A stretch of 64,000 nucleotides of DNA from Octopus vulgaris (GCA_951406725.2 OX597831.1:80910001-80974000); one strand, 5' to 3'. Shown: positions 25,419-39,995, numbered from the stretch's first letter. Notes: generated from the letters alone by a model not told the origin. Made by a program: numbers and translations.

Positions 25419-26342
25419 ATATATATGCATTATATACATGTATGAATATATATGTATATGGATATATATATATAATATATATGTAAGTATGCATATGTGA
25501 ATATATATGTACATACTTTTATGTGTGTGTATATGTGTGTACACACACATATTTACACATACACACTTCAGACTAGACACACTTCCAGCATAATTTCATC
25601 AAGCAGTGAAGTGTTTTAATAAACAACCACGCACGCGCATGCGCACTCGTACACACAGACATGCACACGTTCACGTATTTTCCTGCATTTTTCCTCTCTG
25701 TTCGTATATGTGTGTGTTAGTATATGTATGTGTGTTTTTGCCTATGTATATTGTAACTCGCACGCGCGCGTGTGTGTGTGTGTGTGTGTGCGTGTTTATG
25801 GCAGTATGTGAAACAGATGCCATCGAGCCGAGCCAATGTGTGGCAGCGGCCATTTTGAACAGCTGCTTGCAGTGTTTACCTTTCAGCCGGATTCTGTGTG
25901 AGACGCGAGAAGATCCGCAGCGAGCTTACAGCCAGCCTTGCTATCAAAACACGGCCATTTCCTTCTGTGCGACTGTTTCTTCAGCCATTTAAACATACAA
26001 CCCAGCCCACCTTATACGACAATCGGGGGTCGGGTTTAAAAAAATAAGGGTCGTGGCATGGCGAGATGCGCTGGCAGAAGCAGCGGCGGCGGCGGCGGCG
26101 GTGGCCGGGGTGAGATGAGGAGATTATCGGAGGGAACAATGATAAAATGTGACGCCATTATCGTGTATTACTTTTGTTGTGGTGTTAGCAGGGGTAAGGT
26201 TAGGGGTGTGTGGTCATAGGGGTGGGCGGATGGGTAAAAGTTGGGACGATGGCTGCTGGGATTGGGGGGTGGGGGTGCAGTTGCTCGCGTTTTACATTTT
26301 GTAATTACTTTTCATTCAAGCACACAGCGAATCTTTTCATAC

Positions 26343-26414
<72 letters not shown>

Positions 26415-26438
26415 TGTGCATATATATGTGTGTGTGTT

Positions 26439-26474
<36 letters not shown>

Positions 26475-27269
26475 CAAACTCACAAACACATATATATATA
26501 TACATACAGACACACACACACACGTATATATTTAGAGAGTGAGTGAGTGAGAAAGAGAGAGAGAGAAAGAGGGAGAGAGAGAGTGGATACATACACAGAT
26601 GGACATGAATATCACACACACACACACACCACAGGGATGGGTGCGCGATTCGCACACACGTACAGAAACATCTCGCATCACATACGTATGTATAGAATAC
26701 AGACATACATATGTATGCATGTGTGTGTGCGTGTGCATTTATACACAAATGATATAACGATAGACAGACATATAGATAAACAACCAGGGAGGCAACAGAG
26801 ACAGAGACGGAGCCATCAAGATAGACATAAATACTTCTCATGAACTCAGGAAGCGGTGCTCAACAGCATAAATCACAATAATTGATTTGCTTGACTGAAG
26901 CCGAGTAAGACGGCTCCTTACAGTTTCCTTTGCTGTAAAGATTTTGGCGTTCTTAAGGCATCAAACCAGAATGTGGCGGATTAACCAACTACGGTTATTA
27001 TAATCACAGATGATGTTATCACACAGTTATTGCTTTAAAAATCAGTGGGTTTCAAATCCAGTAAAGATAGTGTTATATTCTCCGCTTAATGTTATAAACT
27101 ACTTATCGTTATTTGAAAGGTTCCGTCGCAAAGTCATAGCAATAAACGGCTTTCGCTGAATGTATATCTAAACATATATACACACGCTCACACATTCACA
27201 CACGCATGCACATACATATGCACACAATAGAAAAGAATTCATGGTTATATTTATGAATATTTAAGACCG

Positions 27270-27535
27270 GAAGCTGGCAGAGTTGACAGGACGCCGGGAA
27301 AATGCTCGTCGCCAATTTGTCTGTTTTATTTATCATCATTATTATTTTTTTTTTTTGCTTTCTGAGTTCAAATTCCGCCGAGGTCAACTTTGCCTTTCAT
27401 CCTTTCGGGGTTGATAAAACAAGTACGATGGTGTCAATCGATAAAATAAGTACCAGTTGAGTACTGGGGTCGATGTAATCGACTTACCCCTTCCCCGAAA
27501 TTGCTGGCCTTGTGCCAAAATTTGAAACCAATATT
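27270..27535 (+). mobile_element. SINE family B
   Basis: GAGTTCAAATTCCGCCGAGGTCAACTTTGCCTTTCATCC block. Confidence 0.8.
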
Positions 27536-27584
27536 AATAAACATTATAAACAAAGAATATACAGTGTTATTCATTCGCATGTCT

Positions 27585-27795
27585 CAATCATTTGACTGTG
27601 GCCATGCTGGAGCACCGCCTTTAGTCGAGCAAATCGACCCCAGGTCTTATTCATTGCAAGCCTAGTACTTATTCTATCGGTCACTTTCACCGAACTACTT
27701 AGTTATGGGGATGTAAACACATCAGCATCGGTTGTCAAGCGATGTTGGGGGTGGGGACAAACATAGACACAAACATATACACACACATACATATG

Positions 27796-27874
<79 letters not shown>

Positions 27875-28345
27875 TACATTATATAATTAGGGCTTAGTAA
27901 AATAAATTACTTTGCCACATACTGAACTTAGTAGAAATAGCAGCCAAAAAAAATTTTCTTACCATTTCTACTACTTAAAGAAAATTTCTCTCAGATAATG
28001 TTTACTCTAGACAGCTCACGAAGGTTTGGGGGTAAATACAGAAAAATATCACAAGTACATAGATCGTTTGAGTACGTCAACGTTTCAAGATTAGCCAAAT
28101 AAAATCAGCATTTCTTTCGTCAGCTCAAAATTTCTTAATTTGGATTTGGAAACACTAAAAAGAAGGAACTTTACCTATCAGCGAACTTCGCTGATATATA
28201 TATATATATACGACGGGTTTTTTTTTTAGTTTCCATCTACCAAATCCCCTCACAAAGCTTTAATCGGCCCGAGGCTATAGTAGAAGAAACCCGTCCAAGG
28301 TGCCACGCAGTGGGACTGAACCTGGAACCATGTGGTTGGTAAAGT
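27585..28345 (-). mobile_element. SINE family A split by an insertion (~27870-28195) in its internal (TA)n
   Basis: 3' half at 27585-27795 and 5' half at 28210-28345. Confidence 0.8.
28067..28129 (-). ncRNA. Type I hammerhead ribozyme
   Basis: TTTGAG CTGACGA AAGA..TCTT GAAAC GTTGAC GTA CTCAAA: perfect 6-bp stem I, paired stem II, GUA site. Confidence 0.87.
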
Positions 28346-28665
28346 ATCCAGAAACTAAGTTTTCAGTAATCTTAGCCATGTAGGAGAGACGTAGAAGACC
28401 GGATGTTCTGGAAAGAGAGTAATCGATTAAATTGACCCAGTGTATAGCTGATACTTGTTTTATCGACCCTGGAAAGATGTAAGGTACAGCTGACCTGGAA
28501 AAAATTTGACCTCGGAACATAAAGGTTCGTGATTGGCTTTGACCGTTTTGCCTGGCGTTTTACAGACAGTGCCGTCCACCTTGCTGATGCTCCACCGATT
28601 CTTATACACGTGATTTGTTGTTTAAGCTTCAACTGAATAAATTTGGTGTCCATATTGGACAGCAG

Positions 28666-28718
<53 letters not shown>

Positions 28719-29444
28719 GATAGAGAAAGGGAAGGAAGAGAAAAGGAGAAGAGAGAGATGAGATGTAAGCAAGCCAGTGTGACAGATGTAAAATAGTACC
28801 CTCCTCCTCCTTCTCCCCTCCTCCGTCCATTGTTACAGTGATTAACTGAGTAATTAGGCGGTAAATTAAAGCAATGTTTGTGGCTTGAGCGCCGTCAGCA
28901 GAGAGGGGAAGCAAGGCATGAGGCGGGAGAGGGCGAGGCGAGGAGAAAAAGAAGAGAAAAGACAAAGAAAACATTTCTCTTTCTCCCCCTATCCCCTCCA
29001 CCACCGTTGGTTAATTCAGTATTTTGTTTATGGAAATAAGGGCTCATCACTGGAACTGCCCCAATATTTTACTGAAAGTTGAGCAGACGACACCAATAGC
29101 AATGCAGACGACACACGATATCCAGACATCTTAGATTAGTGGATCCCTCGTGAAACAAAAACAATATGAAAATCTTTTGGGAGAGTTTTGCTTAAATCCT
29201 AGGATCTGAAATTAACGTTCCTGTGTCCAATTCCTCCAACATCTCCAAATACGTTGAGTTAGAAATATTAAGATCGTTAAATTTACAAAATGGCGATACT
29301 ATTATCCATCAACATAGCGAATTAGGTGGCACAGATGATGGCCGGGTCGTTTGCTTCATTCAGTCGATGTTTCACTTTGATAATTGTCAAACCAATCAAG
29401 GTATTAATAAAAATGCCAATGCTTTTATTTTAATAATAATTATA

Positions 29445-29482
29445 GGCGTAGGAGTGGCACTGTGGCGAGAAGCTTATATATA

Positions 29483-29562
<80 letters not shown>

Positions 29563-29573
29563 CCCGTTGTATA

Positions 29574-29608
<35 letters not shown>

Positions 29609-29699
29609 TAATCCAAACAAGAAAACACAAAAAAACACAACAACGCGAGGACGTGGAACAAATATAGTATTATTGGACGCTCAGGAAAGAAGGGAAGAA

Positions 29700-29755
<56 letters not shown>

Positions 29756-29995
29756 GCGTGTGAATGTATGTGTGTGTGTGTGTGTGCGTGTGTATATCAT
29801 CGCTTGATAACTGCTCTTGGTGTGTTTACGTCTCCGCAACTTAGCAGTTCGGCAAAAGACTTCGATAGACTAAGTACTAGGCTTTAAAAGCAAAAAAAAA
29901 GTACTGAGCTCGATGATTCATTCGACTAAAAATTCTTCAAGCCGGTGCCCCAGCATGGCCGTGATCTAATAATGAAGCAAACAAGTAAAGAATAA
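29445..29995 (+). mobile_element. Degenerate SINE family A with internal deletion and insertions
   Basis: GGCGTAGGAGTGGCACTGTGG head, with the family A 3' half at ~29800-29995. Confidence 0.65.
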
Positions 29996-30324
29996 ATGAA
30001 ATGATAAACGGTTAATTGCGAAGCGTAATGTCACGTGATCGACCAAAGGTTAAACACGAAACGCCTCCAGACACAAGAAATATGAAACTTAAATATAAAT
30101 ACTTTCGCTTCTCTTCTTAATTTGTATTGTCATCGATCCTTTCAGATGTTGGTGGTTATAAAAAAAATTGCAATTGAGTATACCAGTAATTATTGTGATA
30201 CGAGGGTAATTCGACTGGGTTGTTATTTTTAGCAAATCCCCCGACTATACAGAAGTTTCGTTATTGAATCGGCCTTCATTCTCCCTGGCAATGAATACAA
30301 GCCACAACAGCCACACAGTTGAAT

Positions 30325-30895
30325 AGTCTTTTCTACTCTAGGCATAAGGCCCGAAATGTTTCTGGAGCGGGACCCAGTCGATTAGATCCACCCCAGTACG
30401 CAACTAGTACTTAATAGGATAAAAGGCAAAGTCGACCTCGTCGGAAATTGAACTCAGAACGTAAAGACAGACGAAATACCTATTTCTTTACTACCCACAA
30501 GGGGCCAAACACAGAGGGGACAAACAAGGACAGACAAACGGATTAGGTCGATTATATCAACCCCAGTGCATAACTGGTACTTATTTAATCGGCCTCGAAA
30601 GGATGAAAGGCAAAGTCGACCTCGGCGGAATTTGAACTCAGAACGTAGCGGCAGATGAAATACCTATTTCTTTACTACCCACAAGGGGCCAAACACAGAG
30701 GGGACAAACAAGGACAGACAAACGGATTAGGTCGATTATATCGACCCCAGTGCGTAACTGGTACTTATTTAATCGACCTCGAAAGGATGAAAGGCAAAGT
30801 CGACCTCGGCAGAATTTGAACTCAGAACGTAGCGGCAGACGAAATACCGCTAAGCATTTCGCCCGGCGTGTTAACGATTCTGCCACCTCCGCCGC
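30325..30895 (-). mobile_element. Tandem array of SINE family B (184-bp period)
   Basis: GGAT(G/A)AAAGGCAAAGTCGACC recurs at 30417, 30601 and 30785. Confidence 0.88.
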
Positions 30896-31689
30896 CTTTG
30901 AATATTGTTATACAGTCACAAAGAATGACACTGAAACACCAGAACATCAAATATTGTCACGTGACACCACACACACATGCGTACGCGCGCACAACACACG
31001 CACGCATACTGTCACACAACTACATCAGATCAATCAAACATTTCTACACCATTAGACCACACCAGCAACCAATACTGTAACCCAGTTCCACAGTGTGACA
31101 CCAAAGCAGCAAACATTTTATTCACAGAGATATACCAGACAGCTAAACAACGCAACACAACAGACGCATTGCTGCCCCACAACCGTAATAGAGCATCTCT
31201 TTGTGTCCCAACATGACAACAACACCAATTTGCAGTGGAAATATGGTTGCAACTGATAAAACATCACAACTCAATATTTCTGATACGAGACGACATCGAG
31301 TGATTTGGGGATATTCACGAACAACAACAATAACGACAACGACAACAGCAAGAACAACAACAACAACTGGATAAGATTCATTGCAACAATAACAACATTC
31401 AAGAAACAAATAATAAGGTAAACGAAAAACAATAAGCAGAAAAATAACGGGGATAGAAATATTGAGAAATATTAGGGAGGACAATAAGATGCAGAATCAC
31501 AAATAGTCAACAACAACAACAACAACAACAAGTGTAAAGGGCGACAACAACTGGCAGAATATTCATTCCGCTAGAAATAAAATTAAAACCACACACGTAC
31601 ACACAGATATATATACACATATATTGACTCACACACACACATGCAAACACACAAATACACGAATATATCTTCACATACTCACGCAGACC

Positions 31690-31725
<36 letters not shown>

Positions 31726-31769
31726 TAAACGCATGCACGCGTATACACACACACACACACACACGCACA

Positions 31770-31809
<40 letters not shown>

Positions 31810-31859
31810 AGCACATAAACACTCATAAACGACACGCATGCGTATATGAATGTGTGAAG

Positions 31860-31955
31860 GGAAAATGGCGGCCGAACGCGAGTTGAAAGTTGTGTACAGT
31901 TTCAATTACATTGCGAGGGTCACGTGACGGCTGTGGAGGGTCAACCGGAAGAAGA
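31860..31955. promoter_or_regulatory. Candidate promoter motif cluster (YY1, E-box, ETS)
   Basis: AAAATGGCGGCCG, GTCACGTGAC and CCGGAAG within ~90 bp. No linked exon recognised. Confidence 0.3.
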
Positions 31956-32034
31956 AGAAGAAGAAGAAACAACCAGGCACAGGTTTTAGAGAGGAAAAAC
32001 AAAACAAAATTACGCAGAAACTAATGGTGGTCGG

Positions 32035-32997
<963 letters not shown>

Positions 32998-33412
32998 ACA
33001 TATGTATATATATAGATGTATATATCGTATATATATATTCACATGTATAATAGATATATTATATATATAGCTATATGTATATGCATACACACACACACAC
33101 ATATTTATATGATTATATAATACACTGTAGAATTTGTGCCAACGCGATGATACCACATGTGACGTCACTGGATAGTTCAAAAACCAATAATGTTTACTGG
33201 GGTGTTGGTCACGGTAAGATCGAACAAACTATTGACCATGGTAGCAGGAAATTACTTTGCGACCTCACTCATTCCTTGGGCAGCCGACGTCTTTATTACA
33301 TTCCTTGGTTTTGGTTCTTTGCATTTGGTAAAAAATCTACGTCATCGAGAAGAGAGAGGGAGAGAGGGTGTGAGAGAGAGAGGAAAAAGAGAGACAGGAA
33401 AGAAAGAAAAAG

Positions 33413-33454
<42 letters not shown>

Positions 33455-34294
33455 TGAGAGAGAAAATGATGAGGTGAGAGTAGAAGGAGGAGAGATGAAA
33501 ATGTGGAAGAAGAATTGCAGCTGAGTATCCAAAGGTCTTGGGAAAGGTTAAGAAATGTTGAAAACCCGACAGTTGACTCATTCTATCAATATTCTTTCCA
33601 AGAAATTGCCTTTCTTTTGTTTCTGGCATTTTTTCAACACCATCTTTACTCAACTTTGTCAGCAGACACGAATAAAATTGTAATTTCAGTCACGGTTCTT
33701 ATCCGTGATGAAACCCGGGTTGTCCGCTTACAAAGGTCGAAACCCTTTCGCCCGCTCAACCTCTCTCATTCCATTTGATGACAGAAAAATGTTTTTTACT
33801 TTTTTTACTTTCTCTAATTTGTTTTTTTTTTTTGGTGGCAGGATTACTTACCTCAGCTACAATTAAAACTCAAATGGCCAGAAATATTTTCATCTTCCAT
33901 AGGTTCTCTCTCTTAAGACGATGCTGGAGCTGACCTCGTTTGTTTTTATGCACTAAAAGCATGAAAAGTATGAATGAAGTGAGACGGACCCAACCGAGAA
34001 TCGAAACCTGACCGCAGATGCAAGATATTGAAAGATGACGACTTTTTCTAAAACAGTTGATAGAATACCAAATGTCTTGATATTGCTGCGGGAAGGGTAA
34101 GGATGTTGTAATGTTCATGCCTTTCCATTGACCCTTAACGTTGTAAAGAAACTATGCTTTAATGAAATTGACCCCATGGACCACAAATGTATAAAAGAGA
34201 CCGCGATGACGTCTTAAGAAAACCCTTAACAGAAGAGAAAGAATTTTTTGAAAACAGAAACATATTTTGTGTTATATGTAATAGATGGACATGT

Positions 34295-34550
34295 ATAGCC
34301 CTGAGCCGACCAAAACCTTGTGAGTGGATTTGGCAGACGGAAACTGAAAGAACCCCGTCGGCGAGGTGGCAGAATCGTTAGCACGCAGGGCGAAATGCTC
34401 AGCGGTATTTCGTCTGCTGTTATGTTGTGAGTTCAAATTCCAGCGAGATCAACTTTACCTTTCATCCTTTCGGGGTCGATGTAATCGACTTAATCCGTTT
34501 GTCTGTCCTTGTTTGTCTCCTCTGTGTTTAGCCCCTTGTAGGCAATAAAG

Positions 34551-34614
<64 letters not shown>

Positions 34615-34682
34615 CTATGTTTGTATGTCTTGTGTTTGTCCCCCCCCCCAACACGCTGGTGCGTTTACGTCCCCGTAACTTG
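34295..34682 (+). mobile_element. SINE family A fragment with nested SINE family B (34361-34553)
   Basis: Family A middle segment, then the family B head GGCGAGGTGGCAGAATCGTTAGC, then (TA)n, then family A resumes. Confidence 0.75.
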
Positions 34683-34909
34683 CTATATACGCTAGAGACT
34701 TACCTCCCTTTATCATTCATTAAGTATAGTACTTTAAAGTACTAACGAAAGTACGGGGAACTCAACGCATTTGGTAGGACTTAACATATATTATTTTTTT
34801 TTTTTAAAAAGAAGAAAAATCTGATTTGACAGGCTCGTTACGGGAACCTACGAATCAAAATGTCATTTAAATAATGACGATGATGATGATGATGATGATA
34901 ATAATAATA

Positions 34910-35806
34910 CAGTCAACTCTCGCTACTATGCCACCTCGCTACTATGCCACTCTCGCTACTATGCCACTCTCGCTACTATGCCACTCTCGCTACTATGCCA
35001 GTTTTGCGCGGGCCCGGCCAAATAATGAACAAAAAAATTTCACTATTCCACCCTCAACTCTCGCTACTATGCCACTTGTAAACTGAAGCGCACGCAACTT
35101 TTCGAAATTTTGTATTCCTACATTTTGTACATTTCGTATTTGTAATCTTGTGGAAAAGTTCAGAAAGTAGCACACAATGTCAGCTCAGAAACGCAAGCGG
35201 ACTGAGTTTACGCTGAAGGAAAAGAAGGAGATTATCGATGCTGCGAAAACGTTGTTGTCGGGCCCCTCGTATCATTAGTAATATCTGATACAAGTTACCG
35301 CCTCTTGTATTGTCCGACATGTTTCACTCTAGAAGAAATAGCAAAGGAGGTAATGCATAACGAAGAGCCGATGGAAAGTGAAGAAGACGAGGTAATTGTG
35401 GAAGAGGAATACGTTCCGTTTGCAGATGCCCAGAGAGCATGGAGCACTATCCGAAAGTTTATGCAGCAGCAGAGCAGCGGAAAACCCAGCGTCATGCAGG
35501 CGTGTGATAGGCTAGACAACGAAATGAATGAAATCCGCCGAAAGAAGATGCGTCAGCCGACAATTTCTGAGAGCTTCGGGATTAACTAAAAGCAATCTGA
35601 ACTGAATAAACTTGGATGTCTTCTTTTTACCATTGCATTGAACTTCTTATTGGCCTTACTTCCTACCCTATGAATCTTTATTCGTATGTTCAGTAAATTT
35701 CTGGTTATGTAGTGTTTAGATAACAGACCCTCGGTACTATGCCACTCTCGGTACTATGCTACTTTGGCTCAGTCCCGCAGGGTGGCATAGTAGCGAGAGT
35801 TGACTG
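34910..35806 (+). mobile_element. Internally deleted pogo/Tigger DNA transposon
   Basis: TIR CAGTCAACTCTCGCTACTATGCCACC at both ends, TA TSD, 18-bp subterminal repeats. N-terminus MSAQKRKRTEFTLKEKKEII (35177) and acidic C-terminus ending KKMRQPTISESF. Confidence 0.93.
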
Positions 35807-36402
35807 TAATAATAATAATAATAATAATAATAATCTTTTCTACTAAAGGCACAAGGTCTGAAATTTTAGGGGAGGGGACTATTAGATTACATCGACCCCA
35901 GTACTTCACTGGTACTTAATTTATCGACCCCGAAGCGATAACAATGATTATGTGTGTGTGTGTGTGCGTCGCATTTCTATGTATGTATGTGTTTATGTAT
36001 GTCAAGTAACAACGTAGTGTTATATAATAGAATATAATAAAGTAAGAAAGAGTTTCATTCCATGATCGAGAGACGAACTTCAGAGAAAATTCTTCGGCAA
36101 TGAAGTCTTCTGGAAGTAGGATTTTGAGACTGGCTCAAATTTCTATTCCTTCTGATTTGGAGACGTGGAAGGAGGAGGAAAAAGAAGAGGAGGAGTGATA
36201 TAACGTGGAAGAAACGGGTTCGAGTCCATGTTTATTATCTGTAATAGATGTACTCTTTGTATCAGCACGTTCCACTTTGTTCAAAATGGTGAATGTGCTT
36301 AGTAATTATGTTTACTCTGGGTAGAACCAATTATCGGGGAAAAAATCCATATTTTATTCAGCTTCCCTCTCTCTCCCTGCCTCTCTCTGTATCTATTTAC
36401 AT

Positions 36403-36490
<88 letters not shown>

Positions 36491-36856
36491 ACGAAGAAAG
36501 AGACCACAACTCAGAGAATCCATTCAAATGTAAAGATCTTTTAAATATTCTTCATTTAACAATCCCATATCGTTCATAGTCCCATAATATCTTCTTCCAC
36601 TTCCGTTTTTATATCACTCCCCTTTCTCTCGACCCTTCTCCCCTCCCCCTCTCTCTTTCTCTGGAGTTTAATTGTGGTTTAAAGTAGCATCTGGTGTATT
36701 TGAAAGCTGAAGTCAGCCATTGAAACGCAGACGACTGGAATTAAAATTGCACTGCGTAGATAATTTCATTTCTTTCAGAACCGTATATCTCACATTTTAC
36801 TAATCTCTATCTTTCCATCTCCCGCATCTCTCTTCGCACTATATCGCTCTCTCACT

Positions 36857-36934
<78 letters not shown>

Positions 36935-37073
36935 ATATATGACTATAAATAAGGGTGCCCGGGAGTCACCACCCTTATTTATAGTTGTATAAAAATTATT
37001 ACCTTTGTATGGTATTTATTCCCATGCTGGCCACTTGATAATATCGATATTTAAACATCGATATTATCCTTAT

Positions 37074-37125
<52 letters not shown>

Positions 37126-38139
37126 AGTAAGAAAATGGAGGAACAGATTCCTTTCAATCATCGACTTACAGATATTACCAATTCATATTATTTATTAACT
37201 ACTTAAATAGGAACATCCAAAGCCAACAGAATAAAATAATGGACATCAATAAGTAAGATAATACCATAAAAATAATACATATAAAATGGATATATAAACG
37301 TATATACCGGCATGTATTTATTTTTCATGTAGGTTTTTGTATAAATCCACATGGTGGTCTTCAGTATTAAGTTGTTTTTATGTATGTTTGTACTTATTTG
37401 TACTTTTTTATTTACTGGTACTTGATAATTCATTATATCATATATATGCATATGTGTGCATTTGTGTATGTATATGCACGAGAGTATGTGTATGTGCATG
37501 TGTAGGCGTGCATGTATATCCGTATATATGTGTGTGCATATTTATGTGTGCATGTATGTATGTATGCGTATGTCTGTATGCATGTATGAATATGTCCATG
37601 TGTATGTGTGCATTCATGTGTATATGTGCTTGCATATATTTGTATGCATGCGTAAATGTATGAGTGTGCATGGATGTGTGAGCGCATATGTGCGCGCATG
37701 CATGCGTATGCACACATGTGTGTGCGCATGTGTATGTGTGTGTGCATACGTGTTTGGGCACGTGCACACATGTATGTGTGTGCGCGCATATATGTGTGCA
37801 TGTGTGTATGTTTACATATGTGTGGGTGCGTATGGTTATATGTACATACTTTTGTGTATGTATGTATATACTTGTATGTATATGTATGTACGTATGTTTA
37901 TGTGTGTGTGTGTGCGCATAAGTGTATAGGTCTGTGTGTATATATGCGGATGTATGACCTTGTGTGTATGTGTGGGTATATGTGTGGGCTGATGAATGGA
38001 TGTATATTGGTATGCATGCAGATGTGTATATATATATGAGTCTGAGGAGTGTGTGTGTGGGTATAGGAATGCTGGTATGTGTTGCGTGTATATATGTGTG
38101 TGTGTGTGTGTGTATTGGTATATATGTTTACTCTTTTCC

Positions 38140-38450
38140 TTGTTTCAGTCATTTGGCTGCGGCCATGCTGGAGCACCGCCTTTAGTCGAGCAAATCAACC
38201 CCGGGACTTATTCTTTGTAAGCCCAGTACTTATTCTATCGGTCTCTCTTGCCGAACCGCTAAGTGACGGGGACATAAACACACCAGCATCGGTTGTCAAG
38301 CAATGTTGGAGGGGGGGGGACAAACACAGACACACAAACACATACACACACACTTATATATATATATATATATACATACACACGACAGGCTTCTTTCAGT
38401 TTCCGTCCACCAAATCCACTCACAAGGCACTGGTCGGCCCGGGGTTATAG
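38140..38450 (-). mobile_element. SINE family A (5'-truncated)
   Basis: Reverse complement of the family A body. Confidence 0.85.
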
Positions 38451-38551
38451 CATATATTTGTATGTATATAGGTGCAGGTGTGTATATGTGTGTGTATTTG
38501 TATATAAGTTTGCTGTTGAATATATGTATGTGTGTGTGTGCGTGTGGATGG

Positions 38552-38583
<32 letters not shown>

Positions 38584-38669
38584 GTAGGTCCCGGGTTGAT
38601 TCGGGGTTAACCACAGTAAATAAGGTACTCAATACATAGCAGAGTAAAATTAATTTATTATATAGAAGG

Positions 38670-38718
38670 AGCTTCTACAGGACTAGAACTGTTTCATTCA
38701 AGAGAAATCATCAGGAAG

Positions 38719-38720
<2 letters not shown>
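38670..38720 (-). ncRNA. Type I hammerhead ribozyme
   Basis: AGCTTC CTGATGA TTTC-TCTT-GAAT GAAAC AG-TTCTAGTC-CT GTA GAAGCT: 6-bp stem I, closed stem III, GUA site. Confidence 0.82.
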
Positions 38721-38754
<34 letters not shown>

Positions 38755-39634
38755 TGTAGTCGTGCACATATGTATGTATATGTTTTGCGTGTATGTGTAT
38801 TTGCTGTTGAAGTTGTGTGTGTGTGTGTACATATAGATATGTATTTCTGTCTATTTAAGAAGTGTGTTTATATGTATATATGCGGATATGTATATATGTC
38901 TATTCAAGTAGGGTGTATGTATGTATACGAATGTATGTATACATGTATATATGTATATATGTGAGTGTGTGTGTATGTATATATTTATGCATATGTATGT
39001 ATGTATATATCTGTACTTATATGTATGTATATTTATGTGTGGGTATATGGGTATATGGGTATATATGTGTGTGTGTATGTATGAATGTTCATGTTTGTGT
39101 ATATATGAGTATTTGTATGTATATTGTATATGTATATTTTGCATATGTGTGGCTATTTATAGGTATGTATGCAGGTGTGCATGTGACTGTTTATGTACGT
39201 ATATGAGTGTATATATGTATGTGCATATATATATTTACTTATGCACCTCAACCTATATTCGATTAAGGTATTTGTTGTATTTATAAAGGTTTATAGGAAA
39301 CGGGTGGACTGAATATTTGTTTGTTTAGTTTTAACTATTTATGTGGTCCCCCTCGATATTAAGGGTTTTGATCTAACATTTATTTAATTACGAGGATATA
39401 ATTGTATTACCTTTGATCAATAATAAATTACCTATTATATATAGGGGTACATGGATATGATATTGGATAACCTTAGATTAATATTGAATAACTATCTTAT
39501 ATCAATAAATGGATGTATATAGAAACAATGCCACATTGCCCTCATGTCACACACCCTTCTTACTGAATAAATACTGGACGCATCTTGCAGTTAGAGAAAA
39601 CAACCATATGTATACATCCATCCATCCATCCATC

Positions 39635-39635
39635 C

Positions 39636-39672
<37 letters not shown>

Positions 39673-39942
39673 AACATATATGTACGTACCTACATCTACA
39701 TGTATATATACATGCATATATAAATATATATACGTGTGTACAGGACACCACAAATAGACGTAGAACTTAACGAGAAACGAAAACGTAGCAAACAGCATGG
39801 AACGGTCCGTTCATGCTGTTTTTACGTTTTTTTCTCGTTAGTTTACACACGTATTATTTTATATGTCATATATATAAGTATGTACACACGTATATATATT
39901 TATATATGCATGTATATATACATGTAGATGTAGGTACGTACA

Positions 39943-39992
<50 letters not shown>
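39635..39992. repeat. Imperfect palindrome of a dispersed (probably Penelope-like) repeat between (TA)n runs
   Basis: TACGTACCTACATCTACATG at ~39683 is inverted at ~39920-39940. The same motif occurs at ~21398 and ~48610. Confidence 0.7.

Positions 39993-39995
<3 letters not shown>

Noticed and set aside
33700-33750. GTGATGA...GGTCGAAAC motif
   Set aside because: No NUH site or stem I pairing.
34916-35000. Regular 18-bp repeats resembling a CRISPR array
   Set aside because: No spacers; these are subterminal repeats of a Tigger-like transposon in a eukaryotic genome.
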